This document shows positions 1 through 13,541 of a stretch of DNA of 64,000 nucleotides, one piece after another; position 1 is the stretch's first letter, and every line of letters begins with the position of its first letter. A model generated the notes under the pieces. It was not told the origin of the DNA. It ran no database searches and saw only the letters and a program-made list of their open reading frames with translations. Source of the DNA: Vicugna vicugna (lineage: Eukaryota). The DNA lies in contig MU057584.1 of the NCBI GenBank assembly GCA_013265495.1, positions 660,608 through 724,607 on the forward strand, given 5' to 3'. The translations under genes were made by a program, and so were the position numbers.

Positions 1-783
1 TGAAGCTTGGCTCCAGCTCTTGGGTAACTAGCATCTCCTTGATGTGTCTCCATCTTGGGGACTCACTGGGCATCACCTTTACTTTGTCTCTGCCTCAGTT
101 TGGTTTCTCAGTTGGGCTGGTCTTGCTTCTTTCTCCCCCCAGGATCCCCAGAATCTAGCGGGGATCCCTGATGTCTTCCTTTACTCCTTTGGCTCCAGTT
201 CTGGAATTTTGTCCCCCTAGTCTAGGCCCTTTTTCTGCTCCCAAGGCTTGGCCCTGATTCCATCCCCTCCTTCTAGTCCTTGCTCTGCTATCTCCTGGTT
301 CCTTGTGCTTAGTTCCACCTCCTTGGCCTGATCTTGTTTCCTAGGCCCGGCTGTACCCTTAGGTTTGGTGCTGCTGCTTTTTGCTTCTCCCATCCTGCTT
401 AAAATACCTATCTGATCCTGGGCTGCAGGGACCCTCTATGGTTTCTTTCATCAAGATGAGGTCCCCTCCTGATCCCAAGGGGGTCCCCCTCCCAGCTCTC
501 CAGGTCCAAGGTGACATCTCCTCCAGACCTGAGTTGGTGTGTCCTCCCCACCTCCAGGCCAAACTCCAGAGACAAGATGAGCCTCCTCCTGACTCTCCAG
601 GCTGAGACCCCTGTGACACTCAAGGCCCAAAACAGACTTGCCCTGGAACTTGGGGCACAAGATGACACCACTTTGCAGATAAGGACCACGTGCATTGTGT
701 CTGTTCATCATGTTGGCCCTTCAGTGCTTAAAGGACTTGGATTTCTGGGGCTCAGGGCCTGGGGTTAGCTCCTTTCTTCTCAC

Positions 784-1240
784 CTGCTCCATCTTCCCCT
801 CCCAGCCCTAGTCCCTAAGTCCCATTCACGTGCATTCCCCTACCCCACTCTCTTATTATCCCAACCGGAAGCCGAGATCTGAGCCCCCAGGATGGGGAAG
901 TGGGGAAGAGTGCTGTGTGGCTGACTCAGCAGACTCACTGGATAGCCTCTCCCAACTGCAGAGGAGGCAGCCGCACTGCCTGTGTTCTGGAAGAAGCCTG
1001 GGAATTCATCCTGGGGCTGAGTGGAGGGGAAATAAGAGGTTATTTGGCCTGGGGTGGGGTGGGAGGATTACATTCTGCAAATGGGAGGATTGAGAGAATG
1101 AATGTACACTCTTTCTCTACCTGACCTAAAACAGAAAAATGGAGAAAGAAACTTCCTATTAGGGTTGGCTGTTGCAGTGCCTTGAGCCCGGCCGGTTTAC
1201 ACCCCCACCCCCAACTCCCTGTGGAAGTGACGGCTTCCTT
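784..1240 (-). other. Candidate promoter and first exon (ATG GAG CAG|gtgaga) of a neighbouring minus-strand gene
   Basis: Minus strand reads ggggaagATGGAGCAG|gtgaga (strong Kozak, strong donor); clustered ETS cores nearby (ccggaag ~865, ggggaagt ~894, acttcct ~1151, ggaagtg ~1223); apparently unique sequence. Confidence 0.35.
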
Positions 1241-1310
1241 CCGATGGCAAACCCAGCATCAGCCATGGGTCTTATCTTTGCCAATCTGAGAGGTGAAAAA
1301 TGGTACTCGG

Positions 1311-1796
1311 TGTTGACTGAAATAAAATGCACAACCTAAAAATTGAGATTCATGTTTTATTTGGTGGCTTTCTGAGGACTCGAACCCAGGAGGCAGCCTC
1401 TCAGATTGCTCTGTTCATAGAGGCAAGGAGGGAGCCAGGATATGTAAAAGTTTTGCCACAAAGACCAGGTAGTCAGAACATCGGAAGATTACTGTTAATT
1501 AAAGAAAATCAGATATATCAAGGAATTTAGCGCTTTTCTATGTATGGGAAGGTGCAAAGATCTGGGTTCATTGAAATAATTTTCTTGATATGCACCTAGC
1601 TGTCTAGGGCCAATTCTTCCACATCCTGAGTTCCCTTAGGGGACATGGTTGGGGGTGGCTGCAGAGGCTGGGCTGCCTGCTTGTCTGCATCCTGAGTTCC
1701 CTCTGCTCACCGTTGGGGGTGGCGGTAGTGGCTGATGACTTGATGGCCACAGCAGCCTTTGTTTACTGATAAGGCTGGCACTGTTTTTCACTCACA
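1311..1796 (-). mobile_element. Solo ERV1-class LTR
   Basis: TG...CA termini; 4-bp TSD tcgg/tcag; inserted in an L1 fragment. Confidence 0.75.
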
Positions 1797-2815
1797 TCAG
1801 GGTAGTTTTAAATGGCAGGAAATAAAATTAAAACCACAGTGAGACAGCATTTTACACCTGTCAGATTGGCAACATTTAAAAAGTCTAACAATACCGATTG
1901 TTGGTGTGGAGGTGAAACCAGGGAACTTTTACACCCTGTGGGTGAGAATGTACATTGACATAATTTCCTGGAAGACAGTTCAGCAATGCCTGGGGCAGCT
2001 GATGGTGGACCTACCCCACAGCCCAGCGCATGCTCTTTGTTCATAGAAACATTGGTAATTGTGTCATTAACAAGAGAATGAAGACATAAATTTTGATCGA
2101 TTGATTGGATGGAATGTTAAACAGCAGTGAAAGTGAATTAACTAAAGATAGAAGTATAAACATGGGTGAATCCCCACTGTGTAACATCAGAAGACCACAG
2201 CAAGCTGCAGGAGAATCCATTCAAGATGGTAGCCTTCATCTAAGGTTAAATGACAAACAAATGACTGGTGTGGATTGCTGGGTTTGTAAGCATGTGCCCT
2301 ATAAATTTAATGGAAAGCAGTAGCAATAAATACCCCTGAAATGCGATTTTGGTTGTTTCTGGTGGACAAGAAGGGTGCTATCAGGAGGAGTAATTAGCAG
2401 GTTTCACCTAAATTGATGACTTTTTGCTTTTGGACGAGATGGTCTAGACAGAGTTGTTAATTGTAATGTTCATTGTAACATTTGCACACCTTAAATATTT
2501 CATTATGTAAAGAAGAAATGAGGGTAGGTGTCCCAGGCAGAGGAACAGCAAGGACAAAGGTCCTGAGGCAGAGGCTTGGCTGCTAAGTACAAAGAGCCAA
2601 GGGCACAGGGAATGAAATACGACAGAGCAGTCGGCAGGGGCCAGACCAGGCTGGGGTCCCCCATAAGAGTTTTGTTCATTTCTCCTGAGAACAGCCAGGA
2701 ATCATGGAAAGACTTTAAGCAGTAAATTACACAATCAGATGTGCATTTTGAAATGATCTTATCAGCTACTAGATGAAGAGCAGAGGGGAGCAGGAGCTGG
2801 GTGGTAAGCCCAGTC

Positions 2816-2990
2816 AGGAGTGGTGATAAGTTGAAGTTATAATGGATTGATCATGTTACCGAGTCCAAACTCCGTTCTGCTTGCCACATGACAGGCCAAT
2901 AAATCAGTAGGAAGTGGTGATAAGTTGAAATTATATTGGAGTGATCATGTTACCGAGTCCAAACTCCATTCTGCTTGCCACGTAAATCGG
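2816..2990. repeat. Tandem duplication, ~94-bp period
   Basis: tggtgataagttgaa...tgttaccgagtccaaactcc...gccac at 2821 and again at 2915. Confidence 0.9.
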
Positions 2991-3438
2991 AAGACTAGGT
3001 GTTGGAGGAAGGAATAGTGACTTTATTTGGAAAGCCAGCAGATCAAGAAGATGGAGGACTAATGTCCTGGAGAACTATCTTCCCCAAGTCCGAATTTAGA
3101 CTCCTTTTATACTAAAAAGGGGAGGGAGTGTGGTGGGTTATTGCAAACTTCTTGGTGTCACAATCCTTTGATTTTGCAGCTGTCACATAGATCAGGTCAT
3201 GATGTCTCTGTAAACCTCCAACAAGACAAATGTTATTTTCTATTCTGCAACTTTTTATCTTTATATGAACAAGAAAGTGTTACACCCTTAAAGGTGGGAG
3301 CCTTGAGACTAGGCTATCTATATTTCAGGCTACAGACAACATTCTTTTACAAAAATGCAGAACCAGCATGATTAAGCACAGGGTTAGATCCAAAGGAACA
3401 GATCTAATAGGGAGTCAGATTTGTTCTTCCCTATTACA
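2948..3438 (-). mobile_element. Solo ERV1-class LTR
   Basis: TGTTACC...ATTACA with 4-bp TSD atca (2944-2947 / 3439-3442). Confidence 0.8.
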
Positions 3439-3887
3439 ATCACAGTTCCGGTGTACAAAAATGGAGTTAAGCAGCCGTTGAGGATCTGGTCTCTATGTCT
3501 CTGCACCACTGGGACCTTGAACTTTCTTTGAACTGTACCAGATCCAAGGACACCTTCAGCCATAGACAGAACAACACCTGCCAGTTGCAACCTTATGGTC
3601 TCAAGTTCTCTTCTTTGCACTATGCAACCATTTCAGACCCCAACCAATCCTTACTTAACAAGCACCCTTACTTCTGGCCAGCTCCAGTTGTAATTCTTGA
3701 GAAATAGATCATGTAACTAATGATAACTTTGTAGTTTTTGCCTTTATAAGCTCCCTCCATTTTGTAGACTGGCAGGAGACAATTCAAGTACTTCTTTTTT
3801 TTAATCTAAATCTGTTTTTTCCTCATTAAGCTTTTTTTGGTCTTCATATTCTTTTTCTTTTCTTTTCTTTTTTGTTTTGTTTTATGA

Positions 3888-4000
3888 GGGGGAGGTAATT
3901 AGGTTTATTTATTTATATATTTAGAGGAGGTACTGGGAATTGAACCTAGGCCCCCATGCATGCTAAGCATGTGCTCTACCACTTGAGCTATACCTCCTCC
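3888..4000 (-). mobile_element. Vic-1-type tRNA-Ala-derived SINE
   Basis: Reverse complement GG..GGTATAGCTCAAGTGGTAGAGC..CTTAGCATG..GGTTCAATTCCCAGTACC with A/B boxes and aaataaacctaattacctccccc tail. Confidence 0.85.
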
Positions 4001-4580
4001 TTTTTTGCTTTTTTTTTTTAAATTTGTTTGTTTTATGAGGCATATTCTTTTTCATGAGAGGTTATTACAAAATACTGAATCAAGTACTTCTTGGATCCGA
4101 GTCTCCTGGGCCGCAGTCCTAACAAACCCCCAATAAGCACCTTTTTATTTCAGTCAAGATCCTTAATTTAATCAGAGCCTCAAAATCCCTTTTGCCATAT
4201 AAGGTAACTCTCACAGGTTCCAAGGATCAAGACCTGGAGATCACTGGAGGAGGGGGTGGTAATTCAGCTTACCAGACCCCCTACACCAAGGAGCTCAGTC
4301 AAGGGCACAGGCTGCTCTCGGGGTGGGGGGGGGCTCATCCTTGTCGGAAGGCCTCTGGGTCTCTGCTTGCTTAGCTTTGGCCAAGTCCTTGCCCCCTTCT
4401 AGCCCAAGGGGAGAGTGAGTGCAATTCAGTTCCTGCTTCACAAGGTGGTAGAGCTTAGTGGTTAAAAGCGTGGCCTCTGGAGCCAGCCTGCCTGGGTTCA
4501 TGTCTGAGATTTGCCACCTCTGAACTGTGTGACTTTGGGAAAATTGCTTAACTTCCCTGTGCATTAATTTCCTTATCTAG

Positions 4581-5124
4581 TATTGACTGATTTGTGTCTT
4601 CTCAAAATTCATGTATTGAAGGGGGATGGAGGGTATAGCTCAGTGGTAGAGTGCCTGCTTGGTGTGTACGAGGTACTGGGTTCAATCCCCAGTGGCTCCC
4701 TTAAAAGGGAAATTTTTTTTTAATTTTTAAAAAATGTGCACACAATTGAAATTAAAAAAAAAATTTATGTATTGAAAAACTAAGCCCCAATACCTCAGAA
4801 TGTGACCCTATTTGGAGACAGAGCTTTTAAAGAGGAGATTAGGTTAAATAAAGCCATTAGGGAGGGACCTAATCCAATCTGATGTCCACTAAGAAGAAGA
4901 AGTTTGGACACACGAAGAGAAACACCAGGCACGTGCAGAGGAGAGACCAAGCGAGGACACACCGAGAAGGTGGCCATCTGCAAGCCAGGGAGAGAGGCCT
5001 CAGAGGAAACCAAACTTGCTGCCACATTGATCTTGGACTTCCAGCCTCTTGTGAGAAAACAAATTTCTTATGTCTAAGCCACCCAGTCTGGTATTTCATT
5101 ATGGCAGTCCCGGAAACCTAATAC
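4581..5124 (+). mobile_element. MaLR (MLT1-like) LTR inserted in a MIR, itself carrying a SINE
   Basis: cctcagaatgtgacc...gcagtcccggaaacctaataca MLT1-like motifs; MIR-like sequence on both flanks. Confidence 0.7.
4621..4760 (+). mobile_element. Vic-1-type SINE
   Basis: gggtatagctcagtggtagag...gggttcaatccccag; TSD aaaatt(c/t)atgtattgaa. Confidence 0.85.
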
Positions 5125-6389
5125 ATCTATTAACTCAGGATAAGACCATTATCCAGCTCCTAGGATTGTTATAAATGTGTTGGGTGCTAAGCCGACAGAC
5201 AAGGCTGTCATTTGCTGTATTCAATGCGTTAGGTGTTGGGACTACAGCCTGAAAAAGGCCGACTGTTTGGGTTGTCTATTGCTGTATGACAAAGCACCCT
5301 GAAACTTGATGGCTTGAAGCAACAGCACTCCCTTAGGCGTGATCCTGGGTTTAGTGGGCTCAGCTGGGTGGTTCTTCTGCTCTGTGTGATGACAGCTGGG
5401 GCTGCTGTCATCTGGATGCTTAACTAGACTTTTTTTTTTCTGAATGTTGTCAGTTCTTTTTTTTTTTAATTGAAGTACAGTCAATTAGAATGTGTCAATT
5501 TCTGGCGTACAGCACAATGTCCCAGTCATGCATATACATACATATATTCGTTTTCATATTCCTTTTCATTAAAGATCATTACAGATATTGAACATATAGA
5601 CTCTAAACACCCAAAATAGTTTACTAGCATGGCTCAGCCGGGCTGGGGCCCACCTCGTTTCCTCCTGGTGGCTTCTCCAGGTGGCACCCACGTTGCAGGA
5701 GGGAGTCTCCCAAGTGCACAGAAAACAGACACTGTAGATGTTTTAAGGACAGCCTCAGAAGATACTGTGTCTTCTGTCTCACGCTATTGGTCAAAGCAAG
5801 TCTCCCGGCCAAGACCAGACTCTAATGGCAAGGCTCACATGGCAGGTGAATCCTGGCCAGGAGTTGATCGAAGGCCTTCTGTGGAAACTGGCTACCACAC
5901 AGATACAGATCCTTGCCTCACGGAGTTCACATTCTAGCTCAGGGCTTTTTGATAGAAAGTGGGACTACCGGGGGTGGTACCACCATCCCGTGGATGCAGG
6001 CAAGTTTCTGGGAATCTTTCTCAAGTGCCCCCCCAATTTAATATTTTCCTCTCCCATTCTTCATTCTAGAAGGTGCCTTGTAGGTGGAGAAAATGAATGC
6101 TTATTTCATGAGGCAGTTTTAAAAAAACTTTTTATTTTGAAATTATTTTAGACCTCCAGAAAAGCTGCAAAAATTGGACTGAGATACCCATATAATCCTT
6201 CCCCCAGCTTCCCGTAATATTAGCATCTCGCAGAACCATTGTATAACCATCAAAAGCAGGAAATTAACCTTGGTAACTAGTAACACAACTAAGGGCCTTA
6301 TTTGAATTTCAGTTTTTCCATTAAAGCCTTTTTTTTTCTGTTCCAGAAGCAAATCCAGGATCCAACATTGCCTTTTGTGGTACTTTTCT

Positions 6390-6472
6390 TTTCTTTAATG
6401 GAGGTTCTGGGGATTGAATGCAGGACCTCGTGCATGCTAAGCACATGCTCTACCACTGAGCTATACACCCCA
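6390..6472 (-). mobile_element. Vic-1-type SINE (short form)
   Basis: ggggattgaatgcaggacctcgtgcatgctaagcacatgctctaccactgagctatac. Confidence 0.85.
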
Positions 6473-6949
6473 CTCACCCTCACTGCCATGGCACTTTTGA
6501 AGAATATCGATCAGTTATTTTGTAGAACGTCCCTCAGTTTGGGTTTCTCTCCCTCATGATTACATTGACTCTGTGCTTTTTGTCAAGAATACCCCAGAAG
6601 TGATGTTTTGTGCCTCCGCACATTACATTAAGGGTGTGTGACATTGATACGTCTCATTATATGTGATACTAACCTTGATCACGTGGTTAAGGTGGTGTCT
6701 GCTGGGTTTCTTCAGTGTGAGATTGTTATTTTTCCTGCTGTAGTTGACAAATATCTTGGGGGAGATCCTTTGAGACTTTGCAAGTATCCTGTTTCCCCTC
6801 AAACTTTTGCCTGATAATTTTTGCATCCATCAGATCTTGCCTGCAACAATTAATACTATAGTGTTTGATCAGGCAGTCTTTTAAATCTTTTGTTTCTGGA
6901 ATAAATTATGTGTATTGAGGGGTTGGGGACATCTAGACACTACCCTCTT

Positions 6950-7404
6950 TTTAAAATTGAAGTCTAGTCAGTTTACAATGTTGTGACAATTTTTGCTGTA
7001 CAGCGTCATGTTTCAGTCATACATATACATACATATATTCCTTTTCATATTCTTTTTCATTACAGGTTACTACAAGCTATTGAATATAGTTCCCTGTGCT
7101 ATACAGTAGAAACTTGTTTATTTTATACATAGTAGTTAGTATCTGCAAATCTAGAACTCCCAATTTATCCCTTCCCACCCCTTTCCCTTCCTGGTAACCA
7201 TGTGTTTGTTTTCTATGTCTGTGAGTCTGTTTCTGTTTTGTAAATAAGTTTGTTTGTGTCCTTTTTTGTTTTATTCCACATATACGTGGTATCATATGGT
7301 GTTTTTCTTTCTCTTTTTGGCTTCCTCCCCTTAGTATGACAATCTTCAGGTCCATCAATGTTGCTATAAATGGCATTATTTCATTCTTTCTTATGGCTGA
7401 GTTG
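6950..7404 (-). mobile_element. L1 3' fragment inserted in the proviral 3' LTR
   Basis: L1 3'UTR/ORF2 end; TSD gacactaccctctt at 6936-6949 and 7405-7418. Confidence 0.88.
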
Positions 7405-8367
7405 GACACTACCCTCTTATGTTCAATGGCTGGGTCTGTGAACTAAACTGACAACAGGCAGATTAACAGGAGAAAACAAATGAAAATTTATTGATTTTCA
7501 ATTAATGTGCTTAGGGGTATCATACCAAAAAAGTGAGTACCCCTCAAAACAGTGAGATTTGAGAGTTTACCTACCATCTTAATGGGGGAAAGGGAAGCAG
7601 AGAGAGGTCACTTATAGGAGAGAAAGTGATATTTATGGACGGTAAATGGGTCCTTAGGAGAACAGATGGGAGAGATGAGAGTTTGTGACAGTGTCTGTCA
7701 AGGTTTGGTTTCTAGTCTCCTCTCTGGGAATAGGACTCAATCTGCCCCAGTTGATGAAATGCCCAGAGAGGCAATTTATGACAACTCAGTTTTTTAAATT
7801 TGTTTGTTTTTTGAGGATCTATTTTTAGTCAGATCAGGAAGTTTAGAGAAATAATCTGCATTTGTTGATTCTCAGATGTCTTCAGCTCAAAACAGTCCTT
7901 ACCCAAATAAGGCATATTTTGATCTGCATTTCTTCCATCTGAAACTTTGTGCAAAGATTTGCATATTAAAAATTGAGCTGTTGGCTGTGGAGAGGAGATT
8001 CAGATCAGTAGCTGAGTGGCAGGAGGTCTGAAAGTGAGATACATGGATTAGAATGAGCAGAAACACACAGAAAAGAGCACATTTAGGCGCACTTCCCCGC
8101 ATCCCATTAAACTAGCCTCCCAGTCCGGCGAACAATAAGTCCAATAAAATGGCTGAGACTCATTTAACTGATGGAGAGTGTTTATCTTCTCTTTTAAAAG
8201 ATAGAAATTAGGTACGATTTGTCCTGTCTGATTCACATGCAAGAAGCATTTTCTGCCAGTGATTTCACAAACCCCTCCTTGCTTGCAGTTAGTGTATCCA
8301 GGGTGCAGCCGTTTTGGGGGACAACAGAGGCTAAACTATTAACTTTTTATGTTTTGCGGCTCTTTGA

Positions 8368-8480
8368 GGAGAGAGGTAATCAGGTTTATTTATTTACTTT
8401 TAACGGAGGTACTGGGGATTGAACCCAGGACCTCCTGCATGCGAAGCTCAAACTCTACTGCTGAGCTATACCTTCCCCGC
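8368..8480 (-). mobile_element. Vic-1-type SINE
   Basis: ggtactggggattgaacccaggacc...ctgagctatacc. Confidence 0.8.
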
Positions 8481-8850
8481 ATTACATTTTAATTGAGCGC
8501 TTGCTGTGTCCGCATATGGTATTGAACTCTTGTTCTATTACCATGGAATGATTTCATATTGCCTTTTCCAACTCATAAGTTCCCATAAGTCATTGGCATT
8601 TAACCTGGTGACGGAGGGAGCCTGGTATCCGAGTCCACATTGTCCTGACCGTTTAGGTGGGAATCCACCTTATGAGATAAAGATATTGGTGTGGTTCACC
8701 AACAAGGTCAGAGTGGCAACTGCAGTTCTTTGACAACCTCTGTCCTTGGTCATATTGCCATCTGCACCCCTCCATTCTTCACTTGCTCCTGTCTGGTTAT
8801 AAGAGTGTTACCAACCAGGTTTGTTTACCCAACACAAAAGCAAGCCAAAT

Positions 8851-9699
8851 GCCACATGAAAAGATGCCCAGTATTGCCAATTGTCAGAGAAATGCAAATC
8901 AAAACCACAATGAGATATCACCTCACACAGGTCAAGTCACATCATTAAAAAGTCTACAATGGTGAAGGTTGGAGAGGGTATGGAGAAGAGGGAATCTTGG
9001 GAATGTAAATTGGTGCAACCACTATGGAAAACAGTATGGAGCTTCCTTTGAAAAATAAAAATAGACTTACCCTATGATCCAGTAATCCAGTTCTGGGGCA
9101 TGTATCTGGAGAAAACTCCAGTTTGAAAAGATACACACACCCCAATGTTCACAGCAGCATTATTTACAATAGCCAAGACATGGAATCACCATACATGTCC
9201 ACCAACAGATGAGTGGATAAAGAAGATGTGATATATATACAATGGAATACTACCCAGACATAAAAAATGAAACAATGCCATTTGCAACAACATGGGTGGA
9301 CCTGGAGATTATCATACTAAGTGAAGTAAGCCAGAGAGAGAAAGGCAAATATATGATATGACTTATAGGTGGAACCCAAACAGAAATGATACAATGAACT
9401 TATTTACAAAACAGAAAGAGACTCACAAACATAGAAAACAAATTTATGGTTACCAAAGGGGAAAGAGGTAGGAGGGATAAATTAGGATTTTGGGATTAAC
9501 AGATACAAACTATATATACAAAATAGATAAATAACAAGGTCCTACTGTATAGCACAGGGAACTACATTCAATAACTTGTAATACCTATAATGAAAAAGAA
9601 TATGAAAAAGAATATATATGTGTAAGTGAATCACTATACTGTACACCAGAAATGAACACAAGTCAACTATACTTCAAATTTTTAAAAATTAAAAAAAAA
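8851..9699 (+). mobile_element. 5'-truncated L1 inserted in an LTR that begins TGTTACC at 8806
   Basis: ORF2 C-terminus (MQIKTTMRYHLT), 3'UTR and A-tail; 15-bp TSD aaaagcaagccaaat at 8836-8850 and 9696-9710. Confidence 0.9.
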
Positions 9700-12525
9700 G
9701 CAAGCCAAATATTGAGACATCAGGGTTTCCAGCAGAGAAGGGTTTCTCACAAGAGACAGGAGAACAAATCTCAAACCCACCTTCCCAAAGGCGGGGGGCT
9801 TAGGATATTTATGGGATAAAGGAGCAGGTGGTCTTGGGCGTGAAACAAGATGATTGGAGGGAGGGAAAAGGGGATGGAATCAGTGTTCTGTGCAGGTGTA
9901 TCTGAGTTACAGGCTTCTTTGTGTGGCACGTGTGCAAATTGAAGGGGAGTTGGTATGAAACATGCAGGTGAATTGGGGGACAAATTGGACAAGCAAGTCT
10001 CTTCTGCACAGACTCCCGTCAGCCGTGTTGGTTCCATTCAGTTTCAGCGAGTTTTGTTGTGTTACAAGCAGAGGGGTTTGTAACAAGCTGTTCCCTTACC
10101 TGCTGTTCTGTTAGCCAAGCTCTAGAATTGCTGTAGTCAGCAGGTTCTGTTATGGGTTTTTTAACCCTATGTGGCACAGTGTCAAGAGCAGCAGAATTGC
10201 AGAATATCTGATCTGGCAGACTGGCGGTCCGGCTTTGGCAGCTGTGAGGCTTGGCTTTGTCAACTGACCAAGTTAGTCCAGATTTGAGGTCTCCCCATAG
10301 ACAACTGGTGCCGTCAGGGAGCCTGATTATGGGAGCAGCTGAGCCTCCCCACGTCATTCATGGGTGGCCTGGGAACCAACCAAGACTTTGGGTGATCTGA
10401 TAATTTTTGTCATAAGAGTTAGTGCTAGAAACACTTATGACCTCTGTGAGTGGTTTGGGGACGTTGCCTCTGGAATCAAACCACAAGCTTTGGTGGCCAT
10501 GTTACCTTGATATGTCACCACTGGTCTAGCATCATGCCTGTTTTCACAGCAAAGGGACACATTCCTTTCCAGTGATTTCACCTGAGCAAGGGACAGTCCT
10601 TAAACTTCCACAGAGGGATGACTGGGCCTAATGAACTAACCGGAGAAGGAGATGGTTTTTGGGGGGTCATGGATACTATACCCTTTCATCCATCCATCTT
10701 CCATAGTTAACCCATCAGGTGCTCATTGGCAGAATGAAAACGGCTCAGGTTCCTTTTCTCTGCTAGATTTTGACATAACCAGCAATGAGGTTGATTAATT
10801 AACATGGTCTTGATTTGGAAGATGGGTGCAAGGGGCTGCTGGTTTGTCCTTGACCTATTGAAGAAGCAGTCAGGTTGAGAAGAAGTAAGATCCAGTTTGA
10901 AAGACGGCCCATTGTGGATGAGCAGAGATAGCCAGGATGGATTGAGCCAAGCCATTTCCCACCAGCCTTTCCATAAAGGAGAGAAAAGGGGAAAATTCCA
11001 TGGAAGAAGTCAGAGAATTCTTCTTTTTTTCCTAATGCTCTGGGAGGAGGAGTTCAAGAGGAGAGGAAAAGAAAAAAAGCAAAAAGGTGAAGATGAAGTT
11101 CTCGATCCGTGATCTGGGGAAGAAGCTACCTACTTCTTGGCATCATCTGCTTCAGGAGCCTGGGACTTGGCTCTAGAAATCCTTCTGGAAATCCTTCGTG
11201 TAAGGTTGTCATCTGTAGGGATGGCCTTCCGAGTGTCCTGGGCGTGCTGACCTGGGTCTGGTTTGGTGCGGCTCCTGCGAATCCAGCGGGATGTCTCTTA
11301 TATTTTGATGGCAGTGCCGCTGGGTCAGCAGAGACCCTTCCTAGCAAGGTGACCATGCGTGCCTTCTAGAACCTCGATGTACACTGGATTTCCCGGTTGG
11401 AAGGGATGACAGGGCTTGTTGGTCAGTGATGGCCTGTTGACAACACGCTCTGAGTACACAGGCAGACCTGTTTTATTGTACTTCGCTTTACTGCATTCAC
11501 AGATGCTGTTTTTTTTTTTTTTTTTTAACAAATTGAGGATTTGTGGCAAGCCAGTAAGACTTACTGGTGCCATTTTTTCCAATAGCATTTGCTCACTTTG
11601 GGTCTCTGGGCCATGTTTGGTAATTCTCAACATTTCAGACTTTTTCACGATTACTCTGTTATGATGATCTGTTATCAGTGATCTTTGATGTTACTATTGT
11701 AATCGTTTTGCTGGCGCCATGAACAGCGCCCACATGTCAGATGGCGAACTTAATTGATAAACGTTGTGTGTGTTCTGACTGCTCCACCAACTGGCCCTCC
11801 CTCTGTCTCTCCCCCTCTCCTCAGACCTCCCTGTTCCCTGAATCACAACAATATTAAATTAGGCCAATTAGTTACCCTACAGTGGCCTCAAGTGTTTTAG
11901 TGAAAGGAAGAGTCACATGTCTCTCACTTTTAATCAAAAGCTAGAAAGGATTAAGCTTAGTGAGGAGGACATGTTGAAAACCAAGACAGGCTGAGGGCTT
12001 GGCCTCTCGTGCCAGTTAGCCAAGTAGTGATTGTAAAGGACAAGCTCTTGAAGGAGATTAAAAGTGCTACTCCAGGGAACAGACGGATGATAAGAAAGCA
12101 AAACAGCTTTATTACTGATATAGAGAAAGCTTGATTGAAAATGGACAAAGGATCAAACCAGCCACAACATTCCCTTCAGCCAACACCTAATCCAGAGCAA
12201 GATTCTAACTCTTCAATTCTACGAAGGCTGAGAGAGGTGAGGAAGCTGCAGAAGAAAAGTCTGAAGCCAGCAGAGAAAGAAGCCGTCTCCAGGACATAAA
12301 AATGTAAGGTGAAGCAGCCGGTGCTGATGTAGGAGCCACAGCAGGTTATCCAGGAGATTGAGCTGAGTAATTAACGAAGGTGGTGACACCAAACAAGAGC
12401 TTCAGTGTACATACATTTCCTAAGGATGTAGCTGCCGTAGATAGTGATTCCTCTGATGCGTCTGTGCAAAGCAAATTTTAAAACCTTCTGGAAAGGACTC
12501 ACCGTTCTATCAATTTTTTTTTTGG

Positions 12526-12630
12526 TGGGGGAGGTAACTCGGTTTATTTATTTTTAATGAGGTACTGGGGATTGACCCCAGGACATCATGCATGCTAAGC
12601 ATGCACTCTACCACCAAGGTATACCGTCCC
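12526..12630 (-). mobile_element. Vic-1-type SINE in Tigger1
   Basis: SINE head and tail; flanking ggactcacc(g/c)ttcta duplication. Confidence 0.8.
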
Positions 12631-13449
12631 CTGGACTCACCCTTCTAAATGCCATGAAGAACATTCGTGGTTCATGGGAAGAGGTCAAACATCTCAACAT
12701 TAACGGGACTTTGGAAGAAGTTGATTCCAACCCTCATGGATGATTTTGAGGAGGTTTCAGACTTCAGCAGAGGAAGTAAGTGCAGAGGTGGTGGCAACAG
12801 TGACAGAACCAGAATTAGAAGTGGAGCCTGAAGGTGGGACTGAATTGCTGCAACCTTCTGATCAAAATGTAATGGATGAGGAATTACTTCTTATGGATGA
12901 GCATAGAAAGTGGCTTCTTGAGATGGAATCTACTCCTGGTGAAGATGCTGTGAAGACTGTTGAAATGACAACAAAGGATTTAGAAGATGAACGTAGTTAA
13001 TAAAGCAGCACCAGGATTTGAGAGGATTGACCCCACTGTGAGTAAAATGCTATCAAACAGCATGACATGCTACAGAGATATTGTTTGTGAAAGGAAAAAT
13101 CAATCAATATGGTCTGCATTCTCATCTGAGAGAAGACAATAAAGTCCATTGTTGTGGGGAAAAAAAAATCGGTCAATGTGGTAAATTTCACGGTTGTCTT
13201 ATTTTAAGAAATTGCCACGGCTGCCCCCATCTTCAGCAACCACCACCCTGATCAGTCAGCTGCCATCAACATCCAGGCAGGACCCTCCAAGTGGCAAAGA
13301 GGTGACAACTCACTGATGGCTCAGATGATGGTCAGCATTTTTTTAGCAATAAAGTATTTTTAAACTAAGATATGTATTTTTTTTAGACATAATATTATTG
13401 CATGCTTAATAGACTAGAGTATAATGTAAACACAACTTTTAAAAAATTT

Positions 13450-13541
13450 TTATTTATTACTATTTTTAATGTAGATACTAGGGATTGAACCCAGGACCTT
13501 GGGCATGCTAAGCACACACTCTACCACTGAGCTATATTCCC
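13450..13541 (-). mobile_element. Vic-1-type SINE in Tigger1
   Basis: gggattgaacccaggaccttgggcatgctaagc...gagctata. Confidence 0.8.

Noticed and set aside
359..768. Overlapping short ORFs on both strands
   Set aside because: No recognisable homology; expected by chance in GC-rich sequence.
2816..2990. CRISPR-like or other prokaryotic array
   Set aside because: There are only two copies with no spacers, and the DNA is mammalian.
6390..6472. tRNA-Ala gene calls here and at similar loci
   Set aside because: The acceptor stem is degenerate, A-rich tails and TSDs are present, and there are many copies: these are SINEs, not tRNA genes.
12740..13000. Domesticated TIGD-like gene
   Set aside because: Only a short C-terminal transposase relic remains; the rest of Tigger1 is disrupted by stops, deletions and SINEs.
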